Shown: positions 57,434-64,000 of the stretch, in pieces
Layout of the letters: every line of letters starts with the position of its first letter
Numbering within the stretch: position 1 is the first letter of the stretch
Virus record (IMG/VR): IMGVR_UViG_3300032213_002832
Coordinates: 103,516 to 167,515 of that record
Origin: a virus
Reading direction: 5' to 3' (one strand)
Length of the DNA stretch: 64,000 nucleotides
Program-made: the position numbers and the translations under genes
The notes under the pieces: model-generated
Told to the model about the DNA's origin: nothing
Seen by the model: only the letters and a program-made list of their open reading frames with translations
The model's database searches: none

Positions 57434-57809
57434 GAATGAACGAACCTTCTCTATAAAAGTTGAAGGCGATACCACTGGTGAAGTCTTTGAAGGACAATTC
57501 ACTACTAAGTGTGTTCTAAATATGACTGAAAAGCATAACAAAGAGTTAGAGAAGACTCGCATGATGGCTGACTATGCCAACCCATCCCCTGTACTCTCTG
57601 GAATAGCTGAAATCTTATCTACTGTTAGAGTTAAGCTTATAAAATGGCCAGATTGGTGGGCCAATCTAGACTTTGGCAGTAAGATGTTAGATGAAAATGT
57701 CATCGTAGCAATCTATGATGAAACCAAGTTTTTAGAAAATCAGTGGAAATCAGAGATTCGCAAGAAAACAGAAGAGAATAATGGTGAATCCCCAAAGGGA
57801 AACGTATAG
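57414..57809 (+). CDS. Tail assembly chaperone (G-like)
   Basis: Position between tubes and tape measure; ends in slippery G-GGA-AAC. Confidence 0.72.
   Translation: MYGALPKNERTFSIKVEGDTTGEVFEGQFTTKCVLNMTEKHNKELEKTRMMADYANPSPVLSGIAEILSTVRVKLIKWPDWWANLDFGSKMLDENVIVAIYDETKFLENQWKSEIRKKTEENNGESPKGNV
57797..57803 (+). other. -1 programmed ribosomal frameshift site GGGAAAC
   Basis: X-XXY-YYZ in the correct phase; the -1 frame is open from 57803 into the 57917-58279 ORF. Confidence 0.8.
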
Positions 57810-58279
57810 ACGGAGAATTAGCTACCAAGCAATCCTCCGTACTTAAAGACATATATGACTTAGCTTATCATGATACACGAAATCTATCTGATGATAGACA
57901 GTATCATTTATTTTTAATGCGCTGGTGGTGTAAGCAGTGGAATCGTCCTATGAAGGATCCGCTGCTTTTGTCGTATACATTTGAAGAGCTATTGTATGAG
58001 TTCTATAGTGTTCGCGAGCACGAAGAAGCAATAGTTGAAAGAGCTAAACAAGAAGCTGATAAGATAGAAGAAGCTAAAGAAGAAGCTGATTTGGATTGGG
58101 TAGCTAAAATGGAAGCTGAAGAGGCCGCACAAGAAGCTAGCAATCCTGCTAAAGATCCAGAAAATATGAAATGGATGGAAGAGCAGCTTGCTTTGAATAA
58201 AGAGATGTATGGTGAAGATTTTGGAGAAGACCTTAATTTAGACTTTAATTCAGCAGGTCAAGTAGATGAAAAAGAATAA
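57803..58279 (+). CDS. Tail assembly chaperone frameshift extension (T-like)
   Basis: Open frame RIDGELATKQ...FLMRWWCKQW...; no clear RBS before 57917. Confidence 0.72.
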   Translation, partial: RIDGELATKQSSVLKDIYDLAYHDTRNLSDDRQYHLFLMRWWCKQWNRPMKDPLLLSYTFEELLYEFYSVREHEEAIVERAKQEADKIEEAKEEADLDWVAKMEAEEAAQEASNPAKDPENMKWMEEQLALNKEMYGEDFGEDLNLDFNSAGQVDEKE

Positions 58280-61013
58280 GAATTTTTTAACACGTGGCGA
58301 AGAAGCTCAAAGAGAACGCGAAGAAGCGTTAAAAGAGTATATGGTAGATCGCCGTGAACAGCGTGTCATGGAAGAGGCTGCTCAACGTGCGTATGATGCT
58401 GGTGATTTAGAGACTGGATCATATTTTACTGGACATGCTAATGCTGCGAAAAGAGACGCAGACTTATCATCATTTAGAAATAGAAGTCATATAGAAGCTA
58501 TTGAAAAGCAATATCGCAGAAGCGTACGCACATCTTTAAATAGTAGAACTACTCGGGAAGATATTGCTCGTAGTCAATATTCAACTGCTAATTATGGTGC
58601 GGCATCCAGTGTTGCTCATAGAAATTCTACAAGTCAAATACAAGAACAAATAGATCAGATACAGGAACAGCGGTTTGATCTTCAGCAAGGGATTATAAAA
58701 GATTCTAGGAGACTGTCGTCTTCTAATACTCCTGATAATATAAAGCAACAATTACAAAGTTCATTATCTACTAAATGGCAAGGTTTAGAATCGTTAGCTC
58801 AACAAGAAGGTGTTGCTAAATCTGGTCTTGCTATACAGAAAAGAAAAGGTTTAGACACTGCTTCAGTATATGAAAGTGTTGCTGATGTTATGGCAAAACA
58901 AGCCAAGCAACAGATTGTGAGTGATGTTCAGTCTGGTAAAGCGGGATCTACCGCGGATATTAATAAAGCGTTCAATGATGCCTTGGCAAAACTAACCAGT
59001 AGTTTCGGAGATTTAAACGAAGCTCTACATAGAACAGTAAGTACTGAAGAAGAAATTGCTAAACAGAAGAAAGATATAGCTGAATCTGAAAAAAGAATAA
59101 AAGACGATAAAGCCAACTATGAAAAGGCAGAGATACAGAAAGAAGCAGCTGGTGGCGGAGGTGGTCGTTGGCGTACTGCCGCGGCAGTACTCGGCGGAAT
59201 GGGTGCGGCAGCTAACGCTGGTGGCGGCATTATGCGTCAATGGAGCGTTGGTAGAGAAATGGATAAAATGCAGCTTCAGACTGGCTATATGGATATTGCC
59301 AATCGGAGGTTTTTTGATAGTGTATCCGCATCTCAGGGTGACGCTGAAGCTCTTGCTAGAATTCGTGGTGGTCAACATGCTAGAAGTTCTGATGTAGCAA
59401 GAAGATTAGGTCGTAATGAGGTTGTCGCGACTGGAGCAGAAGCTGTTGGTGGAACACTGATGGTTGGTGCTACTGTGGCTGCTGGAGTTGCTGCGCATGC
59501 TGCTACTGCTGGACTCAGTACTGCTGTAGCAGGTGGCACTATGCTAGGCAGCGTTGCTGGTGGTATAGAACAAGTTAGTGGTAAAGCCGCAAAATTATCA
59601 TCAGGTGCTACACGTTCTCAAGCTGAATTAGCTGGATATGGTGCTGATGAAGCTTTATTCAATGCACAAAATAGAATGCAGGCATTTGTTAATCAAAATG
59701 CTTTAGATTACACGCGAAATACCACGCTGGCAACACGTGGAGCAGGTAGAGGTAGAGGAGCTTTGTTGGCTGGTGCTAGAGATGCTGGCTTTATGCAAGA
59801 TATGGCCAATCGTGAAATAGATCAAGCAGGGATACTATCTTTAATGCAAGCAGGTGTTGCTGGGCTTGGTAAGAAATTTAGGGGCAAAGACGATATACTA
59901 CGAGCTGGCGAACTAAGTTCAGCTGGCCTCACTAGTTCTCCTGAAGAATATATGGCGTTACGTGCTGCTGGTGAAAAAGGCGGAGTAGGCGCTAGTGGTT
60001 TAGAGACTATACTTAAAAACGCTGTTGCTGCTGGTTTAGACAATTCTAAAAATATACAAGAAATGATGCAGGGCATTGGTAGTATTGCTACTGTACAAGG
60101 TGGTGTTAGTACATTTGGCGGCGCAGCAGAAAATATGGCTTTATCTGTACAAAGCATGATGGCTGGTGGAATGTCATCAGAGATGGCAATTAAGGCTGCT
60201 ACAGATTTAAATAGAGATATGAGTGGTGCTGCTGGCGATAGGAGTGTTAGCGTACAAAATTTAGTTGAAGTAGCAAAAATACAAAAACTAATGCCTAAAG
60301 CAGACATGGCAACTGTTTCTAGATTACGTCTACTAAAGCCAGATGAACTTAAAACAATATCTCAATCAATAGGTACAGATAAAGAACAAGATGTAAAAGC
60401 TAATTTTGGTATCCCACTAGATATGAGTGGTCGTGAGTTAAGAGAACTTGGCAGCATAATGGGCGAACAAGCTGTCGGCACTAAAGCTGGTTATGGTTTA
60501 AATGCCGGTGATGAAAAAATGTTTACAGATTGGGCGCAAGGGAAAGCTAAATTCAAGAAGGGTTCACCTGAAGAATTATATGCTAGATCAAGATACAACC
60601 AACGCCCTGATGTAACACCAGTTACAGATATGAACAACCTATCAACATCTTTTAATACCACAGCAAAACCAAACCAAGATGCGTCACCATTCGGTATACC
60701 AAATCGTGATTTAGGTAGTGATATGTTGAGTGCGACTGCTCGTGGTCAAGTTACAGCAAATACTGCTGGTCAAAAAGATCTAGAAGGTAATGTAGCGACA
60801 ATGGTACAGGCGGCTAAAGATATACGACCTGAAGCTTTTAGAGAAGCCATCTCAGCATCTTCTAAAGAATTAGGTGGAACGTTAGCTGCTCTAAATACTT
60901 CTATTGCGAATTTAGATAGTACAGTTAAAGCATTGAACGGAAAACTAGAGCCAAGACTACAGACACCAAATAGAGACCAGATGCCAAATCCTTATAGTGG
61001 TCCTAAGTACTAA
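58266..61013 (+). CDS. Tape measure protein
   Basis: 915 aa, Ala/Gly-rich helical, central hydrophobic segment, follows the chaperones. Confidence 0.75.
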   Translation: MKKNKNFLTRGEEAQREREEALKEYMVDRREQRVMEEAAQRAYDAGDLETGSYFTGHANAAKRDADLSSFRNRSHIEAIEKQYRRSVRTSLNSRTTREDIARSQYSTANYGAASSVAHRNSTSQIQEQIDQIQEQRFDLQQGIIKDSRRLSSSNTPDNIKQQLQSSLSTKWQGLESLAQQEGVAKSGLAIQKRKGLDTASVYESVADVMAKQAKQQIVSDVQSGKAGSTADINKAFNDALAKLTSSFGDLNEALHRTVSTEEEIAKQKKDIAESEKRIKDDKANYEKAEIQKEAAGGGGGRWRTAAAVLGGMGAAANAGGGIMRQWSVGREMDKMQLQTGYMDIANRRFFDSVSASQGDAEALARIRGGQHARSSDVARRLGRNEVVATGAEAVGGTLMVGATVAAGVAAHAATAGLSTAVAGGTMLGSVAGGIEQVSGKAAKLSSGATRSQAELAGYGADEALFNAQNRMQAFVNQNALDYTRNTTLATRGAGRGRGALLAGARDAGFMQDMANREIDQAGILSLMQAGVAGLGKKFRGKDDILRAGELSSAGLTSSPEEYMALRAAGEKGGVGASGLETILKNAVAAGLDNSKNIQEMMQGIGSIATVQGGVSTFGGAAENMALSVQSMMAGGMSSEMAIKAATDLNRDMSGAAGDRSVSVQNLVEVAKIQKLMPKADMATVSRLRLLKPDELKTISQSIGTDKEQDVKANFGIPLDMSGRELRELGSIMGEQAVGTKAGYGLNAGDEKMFTDWAQGKAKFKKGSPEELYARSRYNQRPDVTPVTDMNNLSTSFNTTAKPNQDASPFGIPNRDLGSDMLSATARGQVTANTAGQKDLEGNVATMVQAAKDIRPEAFREAISASSKELGGTLAALNTSIANLDSTVKALNGKLEPRLQTPNRDQMPNPYSGPKY

Positions 61014-61023
61014 TGGGAGCGAT

Positions 61024-62880
61024 ATGAAGTCTAAATTAGTAACACCGCACGCAGCGGCACTTATATGGAACTATAATGATAGGGTCGATAGTCAGGGTGC
61101 TATCGCTGCTACACATGAAACATTAGATCAAGTTGTAATTGGTACTTCTTCAATAATTTCCATAACAACCTCTAAACAAAAGTCTTCTCCAGCTGGACAA
61201 TTCGAAATCAGGTTAGCTCCTAGATTTAATTGGGTTACCAGAATAACGCCAGGTAGCTGGTGTGCGATACTTATGTCTCAAGATAAGCTTCCGGATATGG
61301 AGAAAAACAGGGTTGGGACTGCGTCAGAGAAAAGCTTTAAGATGTTAGGAAGAATAGATTCGGTGCGCGGAGCAGTAGAGGTTGATCAAAGTTCTGGAGC
61401 TCGTCAAACTGTTTTTATAGTATCTGGACGTGATTGGGGATCGGTGTTTGAGAGTTTATTATATATAGATCCGATATTGGCAAATAATCAAGTTAAAGCT
61501 GATCCAGTATCTCAAGCGTATAGTATACTAGGTCTGAACCTATTCTTATCTTATAATAAAGATAAAACCCTACCAAGTTCATCTGATCTTGTAGATACCA
61601 TGGTTAAACTATGGGGTGGAGGTGCCACAGGTAGTGCTGCCTCTATTGCTAAGGCCAATACTGGAGCGGTAACACTATCGAAACCTTTTATAACAACTCA
61701 GACACAATTTAGGCTTCCAAAAGAAGTTGCTAGTTTTATGAGACAGGGAGAATCGGGCGCGTCTTTAGGTAGTAATCTTAGTTTTGATAAACCCATACCT
61801 GGTTCAACTGCGTATAATTTTGCGGATTTAATTAAAACATACCATGGTAAATTAAAGAAAGAAGATAAAGGCACCTCTGACGCATATACAAGACTATCTG
61901 AATCCTATGGATTACCGAATGTTCATAATTTCTTTGGACAAAACACATTTTGGCAACTAATAACTGAATTATCTAATCAAGCACTTAATGAAAATATTAC
62001 TGATATACGTTGGGAAAATGGATCACCTAAGTTTGCTTTGTATCATAGAATTAGGCCGTTTGTTAATGATTCTAATTTCTTAACTAAATTAGCTGCTACT
62101 AGTTTTTCTACTGAACCTTCAACATTAGCAGCAAAAACTATAGTTGAACAAAATATGTCATTGTTTAAATATGTTAAGAAAAACAGTATTGATATAGGGG
62201 ATGTAGTTAGTATAAATTTTGGTACAAATTGGCGAGATAAAATTAACTTTATTGAAGTACAGCCAACTCCACAACTACTAACAGATACTGAAATATTCTC
62301 AAAACTAGAAGGTCAGACTTATGATCCAATAGGGTATGAGCGCGATGGTTTTAAGCCATTAATAGTAGCTTCCGCATTTTTACCATATGCTGAAGGTGTA
62401 ACACCACAAATTAAGGACTTTACGTATTGGAAGTACCTAATCAGAGAGTGGCACTTTAATAATCACATGTTACTAAATGGTTCAGTTACTTTTGTTGGTC
62501 AAAACCAGTATATACAAGTTGGTGATAATATAATAATAGATAGTAAAATACTAGGTGATGCGCCTATGAATCTTGGTCAAAAATATTCTCCACAAGCTCA
62601 GACTTTCATATTGGCTCATGTGGAAAATATCTCGCACACCTTCTCCGTAAATCAAGAGACTGGTGGTCGTAGCTTTTTTACTACAGTACAATTTGTTCGT
62701 GGAGTAATCACTAATAAAGATGGAACACCATTGAATCTTATTGATGGTAATGCTATAGATAAATATGCTCTTACTCCAAAAGGCTTATCTGAGAAAGATG
62801 TTAGAAACACAAATACATTCGGCACTTCTGTATCATCTGATCCTGATAAGCAAAAACTTGGCAAAGATGGGTTGATGTAA
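61024..62880 (+). CDS. Baseplate hub protein
   Basis: Start moved to MKSKLV; GQFEIRL, LGRIDSV, VSGRDWG, NGSVTF.G...I.VG, HVENISHTF, TTVQFVRG. Confidence 0.7.
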   Translation: MKSKLVTPHAAALIWNYNDRVDSQGAIAATHETLDQVVIGTSSIISITTSKQKSSPAGQFEIRLAPRFNWVTRITPGSWCAILMSQDKLPDMEKNRVGTASEKSFKMLGRIDSVRGAVEVDQSSGARQTVFIVSGRDWGSVFESLLYIDPILANNQVKADPVSQAYSILGLNLFLSYNKDKTLPSSSDLVDTMVKLWGGGATGSAASIAKANTGAVTLSKPFITTQTQFRLPKEVASFMRQGESGASLGSNLSFDKPIPGSTAYNFADLIKTYHGKLKKEDKGTSDAYTRLSESYGLPNVHNFFGQNTFWQLITELSNQALNENITDIRWENGSPKFALYHRIRPFVNDSNFLTKLAATSFSTEPSTLAAKTIVEQNMSLFKYVKKNSIDIGDVVSINFGTNWRDKINFIEVQPTPQLLTDTEIFSKLEGQTYDPIGYERDGFKPLIVASAFLPYAEGVTPQIKDFTYWKYLIREWHFNNHMLLNGSVTFVGQNQYIQVGDNIIIDSKILGDAPMNLGQKYSPQAQTFILAHVENISHTFSVNQETGGRSFFTTVQFVRGVITNKDGTPLNLIDGNAIDKYALTPKGLSEKDVRNTNTFGTSVSSDPDKQKLGKDGLM

Positions 62881-63953
62881 TGGATTATATAGTTAGAGAT
62901 AGTTCTTTATTACCAAATGTAGAATCAGTGAGAACAATGTTACACTCAGATTCTTCTATACGTGTTGGTATTGTAAGAGAAGAAAGAATATTGGAAAGCG
63001 GCATAGTGTATATGGTTGAGGTATTGGTCAACGGTAAACAAGTGCCAGTTAGTTGTACCGTAATGTCTAAATGGGGTGGTGCTCACAACTATGAAGAGCA
63101 GACACTTAGACCTTGGCTTAATGGTTTTCCATCTGGAATGTTGCTACCTGCTTCAGCTGGCCAATATAAGGGTAGATCTGGCGATGTTGTACTGGTAGCT
63201 TATCTAAATGGGCAATCACGTGAAGGCGTTATATTAGGTGGATTATCACATCCTGCTAGAAAGTCAAAACTAAAAGGCAAGTCTATTGCCTACATATCTG
63301 AGTTCAATGGACTTGAAAGAAGCATTACAGATGACGGTAGCTACAAAGTAACATTTAAGGGATATGCTCCTACGAATGACGCTACTTTAAAAATACCTCC
63401 AACAGGTGTTGAAATACTGCCACCACTATATAATCCGCTTACTGGTGGATCTTATTATGGCTTTAATAACAAGGGTAGTTTTATAGCCTCTGATGGTAAG
63501 CAGTTTTTAAAGATTAATAAGAATTTAATTAGTGGTTCTATCATCTTAAAATCAGGTTCTGTTCAGATGGAGTTAGGTGGCAATGCTGCTTTAGGGGCTT
63601 TCAGTGTTCAGGCAGCTAAATCTGTAATGGACTTCAAGACGTCAGCCTCTATAAAAGCAACAACTGGTTTAGCCTTACAATCACTACAAGTCAGTATCAA
63701 AGGTACACAAGTTGCCATTGGTAATGACCAATTCGAGTTATTTGATGGTCTTATTAAACTTATTGATGCTTTAGGCTCTTTGGTCGTTACTAGTCCGGTT
63801 GGGACCTGTACTCCACTAATGTCTGCTCCGACTTGGACTACACAAATACTTCCATTAAAAATTAAAATATCTATGTTAAAGGGTTCTTTAAAAAGCGCTG
63901 ATTCATTTAGCCTTTCTGGTGATCCAGATATAGTTATTAAGGGTAATGAATAG
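62880..63953 (+). CDS. Baseplate central spike (gp5/gpV-like)
   Basis: OB-fold GDVVLVAYLNG...GVILGGL.HP followed by beta-strand repeats. Confidence 0.7.
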   Translation: MDYIVRDSSLLPNVESVRTMLHSDSSIRVGIVREERILESGIVYMVEVLVNGKQVPVSCTVMSKWGGAHNYEEQTLRPWLNGFPSGMLLPASAGQYKGRSGDVVLVAYLNGQSREGVILGGLSHPARKSKLKGKSIAYISEFNGLERSITDDGSYKVTFKGYAPTNDATLKIPPTGVEILPPLYNPLTGGSYYGFNNKGSFIASDGKQFLKINKNLISGSIILKSGSVQMELGGNAALGAFSVQAAKSVMDFKTSASIKATTGLALQSLQVSIKGTQVAIGNDQFELFDGLIKLIDALGSLVVTSPVGTCTPLMSAPTWTTQILPLKIKISMLKGSLKSADSFSLSGDPDIVIKGNE

Positions 63954-64000
63954 TTTTATTACTTATGCTATATAATTATAGTATTAGGAGAATATATGGC

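Noticed and set aside
1-64000. tRNA or rRNA genes
   Set aside because: No cloverleaf with a T-loop GTTCRA in a proper context was seen by eye; tRNAscan-SE or ARAGORN would be decisive

Overview
A 64-kb, AT-rich segment of a large contractile-tailed (myovirus-like, probably jumbo) bacteriophage. It uses the standard genetic code, and I found no tRNA, rRNA or CRISPR array. (1) 1-25 kb, mostly minus strand: NAD salvage pair (NAMPT plus NMNAT-Nudix), two RNA-repair ligases, DNA ligase, ClpP, a sigma-28-like region-2-only protein, class II ribonucleotide reductase, a lytic transglycosylase and many secreted or lipoprotein genes. (2) 25-40.6 kb, minus strand: a likely early/host-takeover region of paralog families (8 Imm5-like genes, 4 'NHLRKDKRLNGG' genes). 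It is organised by about 26 copies of an AACYGANNCGA promoter-like motif and 7 copies of a 16-nt box, six of them joined to a UUCG terminator. It also holds a 108-codon gene with only 4 cytosines in its mRNA. (3) 40.5-41 kb: strand-switch region with iterated repeats. (4) 41-47 kb: a dense array of 36 microprotein genes, most missed by the ORF track, all sharing an LLx[KR]L[GDEN]V helix. This is the best candidate for an undescribed system. (5) 47-64 kb, plus strand: virion morphogenesis genes (neck, sheath, three tube-like paralogs, chaperone with a -1 frameshift, tape measure, baseplate hub and spike), interrupted by two HNH endonucleases. All functional calls come from motif recognition by eye; no database searches were run.
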